This document shows positions 23,725 through 37,074 of a DNA stretch of 64,000 nucleotides, piece after piece. A program made the translations under genes and the position numbers. The notes under the pieces were generated by a model, which was given only the letters and a program-made list of their open reading frames with translations, had not been told where the DNA came from and made no database searches. The DNA comes from Negaprion brevirostris (lineage: Eukaryota): contig JARDVH010000110.1 of assembly GCA_030324005.1 (NCBI GenBank), positions 37,218,817-37,282,816 of the forward strand, given 5' to 3'. The first letter of the stretch is position 1, and each line of letters starts with the position of its first letter.

Positions 23725-25960
23725 GAGATCATAAAAAATCGGAGCTGGAGATTCACCCTACTACCGTGCCATTCAATAAGATCATGGTTAATCTGATTAT
23801 GGCCTTATCTCCACTCTCCTGCCTGTTTCTCATAACACTTAATCCCCTGATTGATCAAAAGTTTGTCTAATTCAGCCATGTGTTTTGTCAATGATTCAGC
23901 CTCTACTGTCCTCTAGGGAAGAGAATTACAAAGATGAACAGTCCTCTGAGAAAAGAAATTCTTCCTTATCTTAATCTTGAATGGGAGACCCTTTATTTTA
24001 AAACTGTGCCTCATCATTTTGAATTCCCCCAATATTCAAACCCTCAGAATCTCAAATGTTTCAGTAAGAACATAGCACTAGAAACAGGAGTAAGCGATTT
24101 TAGTCCTTCGAGCCTGCTCTGTCATTTAATATGATCATGGCTGGTCTCATCTAGGGCTCAATTCCACTTACCTGCCCCTTCACTACAGTCATTCAAGCAT
24201 TTGCTAATTAAAAATCTATCCACCTCTGCCTTAAATTTAATTAATGTTCTAGCATCCACCTCTCTCTGGTGTAGTCAATTACAAAGACTCACGACCCTTT
24301 GAGAGAAGTCATTTCTCTTAATCTCTGTTTTAATTCTGCCATCCATTATCCTAAAACTATGACCTCTTCTAGATTGCACTACAAGAGGAAACATCCTCTC
24401 CATGTCGACTTTTTCAATTACCCGTATCATCTTGTACACCTTAATTAGATCTCTCATTCTTCTGAATTCCAGGGAGTATAGACTTCAACTGCCCAATTTC
24501 TCTTTGGAAGACAAACTCTTGCAATGGGATTTTACAACCCCACTCTGGCAAGACTCATAAAATCCTACCTGAAGTCAACAGAGAATTCCATTCTGCAAGC
24601 CTCACCCATGCCAATTCTGAGGGGTTGAGGTGATAAAATTCCAGTCCTCATCTCCAGAATCAATCTAGGAAACCTCCTCTAAACTGCCTCCAATGCAATT
24701 ACACTTGTCCTCACGTAAGGGGCCCAAAACTGTACAAAATACTTTAACTGCAGTCTCACTAATACTTTGTACAGTAGCAGCAACACTTCACTACTTTTAT
24801 ATTCCATTCCTTTTGCAATAAATGACAAGATTCCATCTGCTTTCCTTATTAACTGCTGCACCTGCAGCAGTTATTAGTTATTCATATCCATTTGTAAATC
24901 TCTTAATTCATTATTGCAACTAACTATCCCACCCATTTCAATACCTTCTGCAAATTTCTCTATGTTACTTAGTATCTCTGCATCCAAATCATCAATATAG
25001 ATTGCAGATAGGCTGAACCCTATGACACCCCAGGAGTTACATCTTACCAAACAGAAAAAGACCCATTTATCCCAACCCTTTGCTTTCTGTTGGTCAGCCA
25101 TTCCTCTTTCCAAGTTAATAAATTACTCCTAATCATATGTGAACTAATCGTTTTGTGTCACACCTTGTTAAATGCCTTCTGGAAGTCCAGATATATAACA
25201 CCTACAGGATCACCATTATCCAGTTTATTTGTTACACCTTCAAAGAAGTCAAGCAAATTAGTCAAACATGATTTACCCTTCATAAAATCATGCTGGATCT
25301 GATGGATTGCATTTTGATTTTCTATATGACCTGTTATTACTTCTTTAATAATGAATTCTAACAATTTCCCAACGACAGATGTTAAACTTTTTGGCCCATA
25401 GCCTCCTACATTTTGCTTTCTTTCCTTTGTGATTAAAAGTATTACATTAGCATTTTTCTAATCCACTTTCCTACATCCACCAAATTTTGGAATATTGCAA
25501 TTATATTCAATAGATCCATGTATTGCAATTATATTAATGAATCCATGTATTGCAACATGGATCCATTAACTCCAGCCTACTTCCTTTAAGACCCTAGGAT
25601 GTAATCCATCAGGCACTGGGGACTTGACAACTCTCAATTCCAATAGTTCACTCAGTACTTTTTCCCTAGTGATGATGATAACTCTAATTTCCTCCCTTTC
25701 TATAACCAATGCATTTTCTGTTACTATAAGGATGGTACTCATGTCCTCCACTGTGAAAACTATTGATTTAATGTCTCAGCCATTTCTGTGTTCCCCATTA
25801 TTAACTCCCCAGACTCGCCTTCAAGGGACCAACATTCACTTTAGCTACTCTGTTTATATTTACAGAAGATTTTGTTGTCTATTTTTATATTTTGCACTAG
25901 TTTTCTTTCATTATTTACCTTTGCTCTTTGTTTATTCTTAAAAGCTTCTAATCATCCAAT
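23725..25960 (-). mobile_element. Two CR1 pieces (3' end at ~23725; longer ORF2 fragment from ~24065)
   Basis: KSPVPDGLHPRVLKEV, QHDFMKGKSCLTNLLDFFEGVT...VIYLDFQKAFNKV, LYKVLVRLQLKY, MRDLIKVYKMIR. Confidence 0.92.
24522..24646 (+). mobile_element. Harbinger-like MITE inside CR1
   Basis: Ends caatgggattttac / ataaaattccagtc; body similar to the 43605 copy. Confidence 0.65.
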
Positions 25961-26027
25961 ATGCCCATGTCCTTACAATACCTTTGTTTTTGTCTTTATG
26001 TTAACTGAGTGCCCCCTTCATTGATTT

Positions 26028-26242
26028 GGGGTGGCATGGTGGCACAGTGATTAGCACTGCTGCCTCACAGCGCCAGGGACCTGAGTTCGGTTCCCGACTT
26101 GGGTCACTGTCCGTGCGGAGTCTGCATGTTCTGCAGGGGTGGGTTTCCTCTGGATGCTCTAATTTTCTTCCATGGTCCAAAAGACATGCTGATTAGGTAC
26201 ATTGACTTTGCTAAATTTTCCCTCTGTGTACCCGAACAAGGC
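26028..26242 (+). mobile_element. HE1/V-SINE, 3'-truncated (tail-B type start)
   Basis: Head ggtggcacagtgattagcactgc; ends ccctctgtgtacccgaacagg-like. Confidence 0.88.
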
Positions 26243-26344
26243 AACTTGAGGGGGGATTCTGAAGGGCAATCCACTAAAACGTTGATTCAGAACAGAGTGT
26301 CTATTTGATCATAACCAATCTGTGTGTGTTAAACAAAAAAATTT

Positions 26345-27087
26345 GGGCAAGATCTTGAGCCCCCATTTGCCATCAATGGAATTGGGAACATAGACTCAAT
26401 ATTCGGCAAAACCTGGAAGTTGTGAATCTCACCAGCGAGACTGCGACTTCTGATTTTCGCCACCCCTTGCCGATGATGTAATCAGAGTCAGGCCCATAAT
26501 GGGTAAGAACTTGATTTACATGCATCTTAATATCATTTTATATGATGAAGTAATCCTCCACTTGATATTGAGTGACATACATAATTATAAACCATGCTAA
26601 CATGACGTCACTTTGGCACCTTTTACAAAAGGTTCACCCAATCATGAATGTGTTGTGGGGATCCCTCTGGAGGCAAAAAGGTGAGGGTGTCCAGTGGACA
26701 CTTCCAGGATGCCAGGCTGGTACTGTCCAAGGAGCACTGCCCGCCCCTCCCTCTGACCACCTAGAGAGTTTCAATGGCCTCCGATCCCACTGGCGAGGCC
26801 ATTCGTCTGGTGCTCATTAGTGGGGATCATACGTGACCTGTGCCTGTGAGGACCTCCACTGGTGAGGACGTTAAGTCAAATGAGTCCAGACAATTATGTC
26901 CCAGGCTCACTAATAATATTTAAATAGCCTAATAAATTGAAAGGGCGTGAGACTGACTATACTGGCAGATTGAGGCCGGTAATAGCGCGAGCTGAGAGAA
27001 ACCGGGTGCAAAACTGATTTTTTATCTCTCACACAATCCTATTGGCTCACCTAACACCATATCAGATGAGCCTGTAAGATTGCCCCC
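26345..27087. mobile_element. ~740-bp non-autonomous DNA transposon (Harbinger-like TIRs)
   Basis: Imperfect TIR gggcaagatctt / aagattgccccc; left part similar to 32242-32495. Confidence 0.55.
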
Positions 27088-27099
27088 ATGAGACTATAA

Positions 27100-28520
27100 A
27101 ACCTTACCCAGCACTGTTGTTAAATTGATCAACCTGCAGATACTGGGAATATTTTTCTTGAAATATTATGTCACATTTGCCATCTCAAATTTGATATAAT
27201 TTGTTAAGTATTCTAACTTGGCCCTACATCTCTAAGTATATATATCACCCTCTATATCCCGTACCAGGCCCACCTTGCTACCAGCTGGCTAATATCAGCT
27301 TACTTATACGTACTGTTAGAAGATGTATGATTTCCCTTTAATGCCTCGTTCCTAGTTGGACTGAAAACATATTTGTCAAAGAAGTCCTCCTGAACATATT
27401 TTAGATTTCCTTTACTCCCCTAATCTATTACTCTAACATAATTCCAACATCTGGGTAATTAAAGTCCCTCAGTATCACACACGTCTTGCACATCCCTGAG
27501 ATTTCCCTGAATGTTTGCTCCTCACCGTCTCTCCCTCTTTCACTCACTCATTATTTGGAGGTCTATAGAATATTCCCAGTAGAATGATCATACATCTCTT
27601 ACGTCCCAAATCTAGCCAAATGGATTCCGTCCATACCCCCGCCAAAGACATCTTCTTTCTAATATGATGAAGTCTTCCCTAATCAGCACTGCCACCCTAT
27701 CTCCCTTTTTATCTTCCCTATTTTTTCTGAATGTCATGTATCATTGATTATCCTACATCCAATTATCACCATTTTAAAGTCACGTTTCCATTATTGATAT
27801 TAAATCTTATTCCCACACACTTATTTGTGCTTTTAGCTCATCAACCTTATTCACCACACTTTGTTCCCATGCATACATTTTAAAGCTGCCTAAAAGCTTC
27901 TTTATTGTCCTTTTTAAATTGCTCTTATTTTCTATGGTGGCACTTCCTCTTCTAATGCTATCCAATAATCTCATTTTGTACACATTATTCCCTTTTCCTA
28001 CTTACATATTCTGGTACCCATGAATTGCCAATTTACTTTAAACGTTCCCAAACACGTTGGTGCACTTTCCCATGAGGAAAATCCTATCAAGATGTAATCC
28101 ATTTTATTTTGACTCAGCACTGACCCTGTTGCCACTAAAATCTGAAGCTCTCCCACCTGCACCATGTCCCAAGCCAGGCATTGATCTTTCCAACTTCCAA
28201 TTTCTATTCCTGCTAAAATGTCACACTAGGCATTATTCAGAGATTATTATATTGGAAGTCCTACCTTTTAACATCCTTCCTAATTTCTGAAAATGTCACC
28301 CTGGCTACTAAATAACAGACATCTTTATGTTATTAGTATCAATATGTAAAGCAAATTTTGCCTCATCCCTTTCCCCCTCGAAAATATTCAACACTGTCTC
28401 AGTGATGCCTTTTACCCAGTCACTAGGAAGGTAACACCATGTGAGACTCATGAAGACAGCTGAAGAAATGCCTGTCCATTGCCTCAACAATAAAGTCTCT
28501 TAGAATGACTTCATTTCTAC
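27100..28520 (-). mobile_element. Old CR1 5' region: ORF1 esterase and ORF2 endonuclease
   Basis: EVILRDFIVEAMDRHF...ALHIDTNNI (degenerate GDSIVRG...HIGTND); RVAVLIRED and ILRDFNYP (APE endonuclease). Confidence 0.75.
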
Positions 28521-28859
28521 ACTTTGCTTGTGGCACTACTATGCCTTTAAGAGATGTACTTTTTAAATCATGTTCTCTGCAGTTTGTAAGCAGGCCTTTT
28601 GTTTTCATTGTGCGCTGGTTGTCTGCTTAGAAGTCATTTTACTGCTGCTTAAATGGTTTACATGACTTTTTGTTTATTGAGGTATTGTAGGAAGATTGAT
28701 TAACAAATCAAAGTCAGATGGTTCCTCCACAGAGGAATCCAAGGATTCATTTTCAGTTTGAGTTATAAGGTGTTTTACTTCAGGCTGGATGCAGTGTTCT
28801 TTCTTTCTCTCTCTCTCTCTGGTATTACAGATTCTGCTGGCTAGCAGAATGTGTTTATG

Positions 28860-29010
28860 TAATTTCTGAGCCATGTGCATGCTTCAGGACATTTTGGGTG
28901 TCTTAGGGGGAACTACATGTGTAGGAAGTGTCTCCAGCTGCTTGAGTCTGAGCTCAGGGTTTTTGCAGGCCATCAGGGAGGATGCAAGTTTCCAGGAGGT
29001 GGTCACCCCT
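28860..29010 (+). mobile_element. CR1 ORF1 N-terminal zinc-finger/coiled-coil fragment
   Basis: NYMCRKCLQLLESELRV...SFQEVVTP on the + strand. Confidence 0.65.
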
Positions 29011-29539
29011 TTCATTTTTTAATTTGAGAACACAACAATCAGGTCTTTTATTTTTGCCTGTAACTGTACGTCTCTCTGCTCCTCTGTTCTATATCACTCT
29101 CCTCTGCTGCTGCCTATGTCTCTGATCAGGTCCACACTGGCATTCTCCACCAACACTACTGGTATCTGATTGATCATATTTAAAATTACAACTTGTAATC
29201 CAGCAAATATCATAAAATTTTCCCATCAAATCTTCAACTCTTTGACTAGTCTTACTGTTTACTCATGCATCAATACCTACTATCATTATAGTGCAGGATC
29301 CAGTAAAGGCTTATTTATTTTTGAACTTCCTGGGTTTTACACAGAACTTTGACCTGGGTCACAGCACATGATTGAGAAAACCAACAATAGCTTAACTTCA
29401 ATATATGTAGAAAAGTTTGAGTTATAACTATGTTAGCGAATGCATAATTTTGAATAAAATCCATAATTATACCCATAATTTTCTGTTGCTACATTTGAAC
29501 TGATAAGGTAAAGCAATGATGCAGATATTCTCAGGATTT

Positions 29540-29838
29540 AAGTTTTAAGTTTATTTGTAAGTGTCACAGGTAGGCTTACATTAACACTGCAATGAGGTTA
29601 CTATAAAAATCCCCTTGTCGCCACATCCGGTGGCTGTTTGGGTCCACTGAGGGAGAATTTAGCATGGCCAATATACCTAACCAGCGCATCTTTCGGACTG
29701 TGAGAGGAAACCGAAGCACCCGGAGAAAACCTACACAGTCACGAGGAGAATATGCAAACTCCGCACAGACAGTGACCAAGCCGGAAGTCAAACTGGGGTC
29801 CCAGAAGTTGAAAGGCAGCAAGTGATAACCACTTTGCC
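29540..29838 (-). mobile_element. HE1/V-SINE, tail-B subfamily
   Basis: gtgtcacaggtaggcttacattaacactgcaatgaggttact tail plus V core. Confidence 0.9.
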
Positions 29839-30879
29839 AAGGTATTTGGGTTGCATATGCCATTAGTGTCAGAAGGAAAAGGCAAATGGTAACAGGAATG
29901 AGAAGTGGAAGAACTGCCACTAGTTTTGACAGATCTTTAATGTTCAACACTTATCTCATTTTCTTACCAAACGGCTGCTGGCCCAGAACTTAATAGCATA
30001 AAGTCTGTGATTTATCCCAAGTTAAGTTCCATCATACACTGCAGATCACAGGTCTTAAAGACTGCGCCAGGCAAGATTTCTTTTTCATTATAGGTATTGC
30101 TTTTAGACTGTATAACAACAGTTCTTGCTGAATGAACTCTAACTCTTTCTAATAACTGGCTAGATCTTGCTGCTCTTAATGAAACCTTGTAATGGTGGAT
30201 GTGACTGAGATGAGCAGATGAAAAATGGTGATAGTGCGATAAATGTTCTCTGTGGTACTGGAAAATGCCAGCCTAACAAACAACATCTAATGTAGTACAC
30301 CATAAACATTCTTCTTAATAGACATCAAGGTGACATACAGATTAAGGGACGAAAACAGATCATAAAGCAAGAACAGATTTGTGGGTTGAAAATTGCTAAC
30401 AGTACTCATTCTTTCTAATCCTTTTGGTTTGAGCCTCATAAGGTGAATCACATCATCAGATCACATTAAACCTGAGAAGAACGTTTAGGCCTGAATTTTC
30501 AAAAAGTCACGAAGTCCCCCCATCTTATCCAAAATTATTCAAGGCCCAAGGACCCAGCAGGCCCAACACCATTTCTGACAGATGCTATTTTGGCCAGGTG
30601 GTGTTCGGAGAAGGAATGTGATTCACACATCAAGAAAACCCAAATACAGGCAAGGCCATTTAATTTCAGAATTGAGTTCGGCCAGACCCCATTTTCATTG
30701 AAGTGAGGCCCATTTTCCTCAATGTGTAATTTACAGCTTTTTTAGGATAGATGTGACTGTGTATAAAAGTGGATAATGTCTGTGGAATTGTAACTATATC
30801 AAGTTATTTAAATTCACACTCATTAAGCTTTGAAAAAAAATGGACTGCTGTGTCTCTGAAAAAAGTGTACTGTCAATAG

Positions 30880-31192
30880 GGGTGGCACGGTGGCACGGTG
30901 GCACAGTGGTTAGCACTGCTGCCTCACAGCGCCAGGGACCCGGGTTCAGTTCTGGCCTCTGTTTGCACATTCTTCCCATGTCTATGTGTGTTTCCTCCAG
31001 GTGCTCTGGTTCCCTCTCGCATTCCAAAGATATGCACGTTAGGTTGATTGGGCATGCTAAACTAACCCTAATGTCAGGGGGATAATCAGGGTAAATATGT
31101 AAGGTTGCAGGACTGGGGCCAGGGTGAGATTGTGGTCAGTGCAAACTCAATGGGACAAGTGGCCTCCTTCTGCTCTGTGGCGATTCTATGAA
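30880..31192 (+). mobile_element. HE1/V-SINE, CR1-type tail, triplicated ggtggcac at head
   Basis: (ggtggcac)3 agtggttagcactgctgcctcacagc...ggcctccttctgctctgtggcgattctatga. Confidence 0.92.
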
Positions 31193-32139
31193 TCTCAGTG
31201 GTTTTTGTTGACATAAGTCTAACTGTTAAAGCTGTCTGCTGCTTCCACAACGTATAATTATTTCAGTGGGGAGGCCATTGGTTTACAGTTTTATTGACAA
31301 ATTCCAGATTTATTAAGGAATTAGCTATCCCTTATGAATACAAATATTTGATTTTACAGATAATTAAGTACTTGGAGGGATTTTGATGGCTTTTATCAAT
31401 GAGAGGGACTTTTTATTTATAATGAAATCTGTAAAGATAATTAGAACTTTATTTTGTTTCAGCTTGCCATTTAGAGGTCCACTGTTTANNNNNNNNNNCT
31501 TGCACATTGTCCATGTTGGATATTGGGTGAGCTTTCATGAGGGAGTAAAGGCTGTGAAGTGCAGTACCAACACCAGCCTCCATTTCTCCAGTGGCATTGC
31601 TGAGTTCTGCCACCTTCTGATTGGCCAATAGCTCTTAACAGGTGGAAATTCTGCCCCTGGGATCCTTGATCCTAGGGTAAGGCCTGCTGTTGGCCTGTTA
31701 ATCAGCTGAGTATACAAGATGTGGCGGGCTTTCTCAAAAGAGGCAATACAAGGGTCTCACTGGCTCTCCAGCCAACGGCTGAGGATCTCACCACCGCCAC
31801 AAGATCCTATCCCATTCATTCCCAAAATTGATGCATTTATTTGTAAATAGTAACCCTGCTCAGAAATGAAGCATGCCACAGAACAAAACATTGAACTGAC
31901 ATGGTTATATGAAAAAAAATCACCAAATACAGTTGATGGATTAATGTTATTTATTATTTATCTTTCCTCAGTGAGAAATATAATTTTATTGCAGCCAGAA
32001 TTAATAACATGCTGCATGCATGATATTTTTCAGCCTTTTCTTTCCATCTTGAGATCCCTGACATTCAGAAGAAAAAAGTAAGACTGAAAAGCATGACAAT
32101 AACAACTGTTCAGGTTCTGGGGACAGAATGAGAAAATAT

Positions 32140-32592
32140 TGCAATATGAAAAGTACTGTGGATGCTGGAATTTGAAACAAGAACAGAGGTCACATGGAAA
32201 AACTCACCAGGCCTGCCTGCATTAGTAAGGAGAGACACGGAGGGGGTAATTTTCAGCCTGTATTTGCCTTCAGAGAGAATAGCAACATAGGCTTAAAATC
32301 TAGAGAAAATTGGGAATTGCAATTCTCTCTGGATTTGCATTCTGCAATTTTCCTCACCCTGCATCAGTGACATCATGAGGTTCATGCCCACAAATGGTGA
32401 GAACCTCATTTTAATGTGCTTAAATAAATTTTAATTTTATTATCAATCCCTCAGCCATATATTTCCCCCCTCGCTATATTTTCAAAGCTTGCCGACTTGA
32501 TGATCCAGACTCGAAACGTTGGCTCTATTCTCTCTCCACTGATGCTGTCAGACCTGCTGAGATTTTCGAGCATTTTCTGTTTTTGTTGCAGT
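32140..32592. mobile_element. Penelope-like inverted-arm element split by a MITE fragment (32242-32495)
   Basis: Left arm tactgtggatgctggaatttgaaacaagaacaga...aaactcaccaggcctg; right arm gactcgaaacgttggctct...gatgctgtcagacctgctgagattttcgagcattttctgtttttgtt. Confidence 0.65.
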
Positions 32593-32599
32593 ACGTTTT

Positions 32600-32740
32600 A
32601 GTGTTGTTTATGGGAATTTGCTGAGTACACATTGACTGCCATGTTACATCATAGCAGCACTTCAAATTTTTTTCATTGGCTGTAATGATATTTGTGGTCA
32701 TCAAAACACTATATAAACGTAAGTCATTGTTTCTTCTTTC
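32600..32740 (+). mobile_element. DeuSINE 3' fragment
   Basis: tgtttatgggaatttgctg...cacttcaaa...ttcattggctgtaa...actatataaacgtaagtc. Confidence 0.65.
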
Positions 32741-33242
32741 AATTCTCAGAAAAAGCTTTACCAACCTACTGATATCTGGAAACAACTCTTTTCGGCCCAA
32801 TATGCTATATTACAAAATGTACCACAATACAAAGGGATTACTCACTGTAATAAACACATAGTCTAATCAAGAAGTGGGAGCCTGCAAAGCATTTACGGTT
32901 ACACCAGCATGCGAAAGAAAGCTATCGAGCAATCAACTGCAAGTACTTCATGATCCTTCAAATGGGTATCCTCATCACATTTAACATTCAGTTGAGCAAG
33001 ATTAGTGTTAGCTGAAGTGGAGAGTTGTAAAATGGCAACTGTGGCTTGGTGACTTCAAAATCAACATTACTCACTCATTTGTGCTGTTGTTCACTGCACT
33101 GCATGTGGCTGATGGACATGAGGTGCAAACTCCTTGTAGAAAAGTTTAATAACTAATTTGTCGTTTAGTTATTTGTAATGATCAAGTAATCAAAATATAT
33201 TTCAATCAATTAACCCAACATGTTATTTTACTGAATTGTAAT

Positions 33243-33868
33243 TGTTATGGGGCTGTTACGATGGTTTTCTTGTTGTGTTTAAAAGTATCATTCCCTTTAA
33301 GTAGCTAGACAAAGTAACAGAGTGGTTTAAGATGATTTTACTACAGCCATAGGACTGCAAAATCATTCAGACCATTCAGAGTGAAAAATTCAGAAATACC
33401 CAGGCAATTAAAGTCTCAGCTTCAATTACAAGTAATTAGCTTATGCTAATAAAAAAGACAGGAGTTGTTTCCATTCAATCATAAAAGGTTACATCATATA
33501 AAAGTACAGTTTTTAAAACCAATCACAATCACCATACACTTGGCTTAATTATAATATCTAATTGACATAAGGTTTTTGCTTGCCTCAATTGCATATTGTT
33601 TTCCCCTAGATTTAGGCATTCCTACTGTGTCTGGTTATTAGAATATGGCTCATTCCCCTATCCAATGCATGATTTAAAGGCCTTGTCCCAACATAATGTC
33701 TTTTTCTCTTCGCTATCTGAAGGTCAGGTGTCTGGAACTAGCTTCTTACTATATTGCACTTAAGCATTGTGTAGGCTTTTGTGATTTGTCTATGTTAACC
33801 CTTTCACTGGACACANNNNNNNNNNTTCCTTTCCAAATAATTATTAGTATGGGTATTAGTCACCCTCA
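33243..33868. mobile_element. Solo LTR (family A), perfect 5-bp TSD GTAAT
   Basis: TGTTA...CCCTCA; GTAAT at 33238-33242 and 33869-33873; similar to 11024-11608. Confidence 0.85.
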
Positions 33869-34219
33869 GTAATCAATACAGGATGCCAGTGCATCACATG
33901 ACTACACTCTGTTAAAAGTCAAATCCACGCTTGACAAGTGAGACACACCACATAGTCCCAAGCCAATGCTGTGAAGTCAGTCAGGATTGATTAGATTAAA
34001 ATGTAAAGCCATTGTGCTTCCCAGCAACTGAACCTTATTAGCTTGTATTCACTGAGATTCAATAGGCCATTACATGAAGCAAAACAACTTCAATGTTCCA
34101 AATTCCAAACAACTAGTTAAAACTAGCTTTGTCTTTTTAATTTGTAGCATTGTATTCAGTTGTCATAGCTGTATTGTTCTTATGACTTTTAGTCAACATG
34201 AACCTGCAATATATTAGGC

Positions 34220-35084
34220 TGTATCTTGTATCTGCATCTTATGGCCTAAGTTTAACACACTAGTTATCTCTAAGCATTGATTTTTATATGTTTCGTGCAG
34301 ACTTTTGAATCTGTGTGTGAGGAAATACGTATTTTTTATACTTTTGTGAGTATGTTTTCTGAGTAGTGAAGGAAAACTGTGTGCGTAACCACGCTTAATT
34401 GAACAGAGCAAGGTTATTAGAGACAGGTTATCTCTGAGGTCAAAGAGAGGGAACGTTAAAGGTATTAGATTTGTACATTTGAAATGAGATGTTATATTAA
34501 ATTTGAGTTACACGGAAATAGGTCAGATCAGAGATTTGCATTGTGAGATAGGTGGGAAATTGATTTGTCAGCTGTTGAAGTTCAAAAGGGAGTTCAGAGG
34601 ATAAAAGGAGTGTTTATATTTACAGGGGTTCCATGACTAAACAGAGGAGAGTATATTGTATTTTATTGACCCAAAAATAGAGCCAAATAGAAAGCATGGA
34701 AGATTATTATATTTGGAGAAGTTGAATTTGAAGAGATGTTTAAAGACAATGTAATCTGGAATAAAAGGGGAAATGGATACCAAAGTAAAATGATGTATAA
34801 CTTGAGTTGAGTTGCTTGGGTCGGGAGGGAGGAGGGGGGTGGGGGNNNNNNNNNNNNNNNNNNNNNNNGCAGGGGCCTGGAGGTTCCCTTGGATGGAAAG
34901 CTGAGAATTGGAGGCACCCACCAAATGTTACGCCAGCAGAATAATTGTTTTCAGAAGTATTTTGTTTCTGAACCTCCTTTTGGAATTCCATTCAATGCTT
35001 ATACTCAGAATAACCTAGTCAGGTGACATTATTCAGTATTCCATATTCATATTCCATATTCATGCTTGTTGGTTAGATGTAACA
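34220..35084. mobile_element. Possible solo LTR
   Basis: TGTA...TAACA ends; flanks aggc/agac (one mismatch). Confidence 0.35.
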
Positions 35085-35854
35085 AGACTACAGTACCCTA
35101 TTTGAAGATCTAATGGGTGATTGAAGTGCACTTTCTCATCTTCATCATACTGAAGGAGTAAAAGATGGGTTTGACCTTTCAATATCTATTTAAATATCGC
35201 ATTTCATGAATTAATAAAGTGAAATGTCTGACCAAAGAGAGACCTAGGATGAATTAATTTTCTTCATAATTTCATCATTCAATATAACTTAATCATCTTC
35301 ATTTCACTGCAGCAACATTAAACAGCGAAGCTTTTAAAATATTGCACCAAAGAATATTCTAAATGATAGAACTTACAACTAATTTTGCATAATGATTCTG
35401 ATAATGATTTGTTTTATTGAATTAAGTTATACCTTATATTGATTCAATTTACACCTGATATATTTAAGTTATACATACAAATTTGTTTGTTCTATATTAA
35501 ATCACCCTCCCTGCTGATTTTTAAAGTTCAAATGTTACCTTTGTGGCGATACTACTATGCCCACAACAATATTGTGACCCACTCGGACAGAATTGAAACT
35601 AATTAACACAATATATTATTCTTCATCTAATTTTTCTCTAACATACTTATTAAATGCCCTATGGCTTTAATTTTTATGTCATGCTCACGATCGACAGCGA
35701 CACAAGGACCAAACCATTATTCATCCACTGCATATGGACATCATGGTGCTCTGTGGTTTGAGGGACAAAATTCAAAACATATGAGGGTCAATTTCATGTC
35801 ATGTGACACTCTTTTATTCTTATTTATTACAGGAAGGTCACCTTTGAGATAAAT

Positions 35855-35980
35855 TAACTGCTCTCTGAAATGGCCTTATTATCCATTCAGGTGTCAGTTG
35901 TTCACTACCACCTACACAAAGGGATAGGCAATAAATGCTGGCCTTACCAATGATGCTTACATCTCCTGATGAATTTTTAC
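35855..35980 (+). mobile_element. SINE/LINE 3' tail (gcaataaatgctggcctt family)
   Basis: ctgaaatggcc...gggataggcaataaatgctggccttaccaatgatgcttacatctc; same tail as 63930-63950. Confidence 0.65.
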
Positions 35981-35989
35981 AAATTAACA

Positions 35990-36292
35990 GGGGTGGCATG
36001 GTGCACAGTGGTTAGCACTGCTGCCTCACAGCTCTAGGGACCCGAGTTTGATTCCTGGCTTGAGTCACTATCTGTGTGGAATTTGTACATTCTCCTTGTG
36101 TCTATTAGCATTTCCCCAGGTCTCTTCCCACAGTCCAAAGATGTGCAGTTATATGGATTGGCCATGCTAAATTGCCCTTTAATGTTAGGGGAACTAGCTA
36201 GGGTTATGGGGAAATGCCTGAGTGGCATTGTGGCAGGTGCAGACTCAATGGGCCGAATGGCCTCTTTCTGCACTCTAAGTTTCTATGATTCT
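35990..36292 (+). mobile_element. HE1/V-SINE, CR1-type tail
   Basis: Head, V core, tail atgggccgaatggcctctttctgcact...ttctatgattct. Confidence 0.92.
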
Positions 36293-37074
36293 AATAGCCA
36301 TTTAATCGCATTGACTGAAGTTTCTTCTAAATTTATGTCCAGATAAATAAAACAGCTCTGTTCTTTAACAGATAGTGAAATTTGGCAATTGATGGTGTAG
36401 ATCGACAAAATACTTCCAGATCTCCTTGATGTTTTGCATCTATCCACCAAACCTTCCTACAAACAAATCTCCACCTACAAAAGCAGTCAGTTCCTGAAGC
36501 TAAACTGTGGCATCCCATAACTGTACTTGTTCTGGTACAGTCTGTACTTTCAGATGGATCTGGAAACAAAACCATTCTTTCAGAACATCAGGTTCACTAG
36601 CTCAAATCCAGTTATCTGAAAACTAGCAGTGTCTGATAACCAGACACTTTTTTTCAGTGGGAAATGCAATGATTTTAAGTGCCACTAAATGAGTGAAAAA
36701 AATGTTGGCATGCCCAAGGTGTTACTAAATCGGTATAGTGGTGTGCCAAGCAGTTATCTGTTTGCACGCCTGTCATTTCCTGAGCTTTGAGTGGTTGGAA
36801 TGACTCTTGACTCCATCCAACCCAACTCAGAAAAATTTTTTGCACAACTTCCATCTCAAATATTTTTCTAGTGACCCAAAGCATACACAGTTTTTAAGTT
36901 GTGGCCATACCGAAGCACTATCTAGCTTCAGTGTGGCAGCCCTAGATTTAGATTTAGACTTGCTCGCTGCCAACCTTTGTTGAATTATAGGTACATTGAA
37001 ATGCCTCAGGACAAACATCAAACGTGAAACCCAGCATGGACCTGATCCCAAGTTTGCCAGTTTTGAAACACTCA

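Noticed and set aside
33075-33135. Possible minus-strand micro-exon (VCTSCPSATCSAVNNSTN, donor gtgagt)
   Set aside because: Weak AAG acceptor, no recognisable homology and no partner exons.
11024-33868. One 22.8-kb provirus bounded by the two family-A LTRs
   Set aside because: Each LTR has its own distinct TSD, so they are independent solo LTRs.
36333-36575. Cys-rich 80-aa minus-strand ORF with an acceptor-like site
   Set aside because: No recognisable domain or donor; length is within chance expectation.
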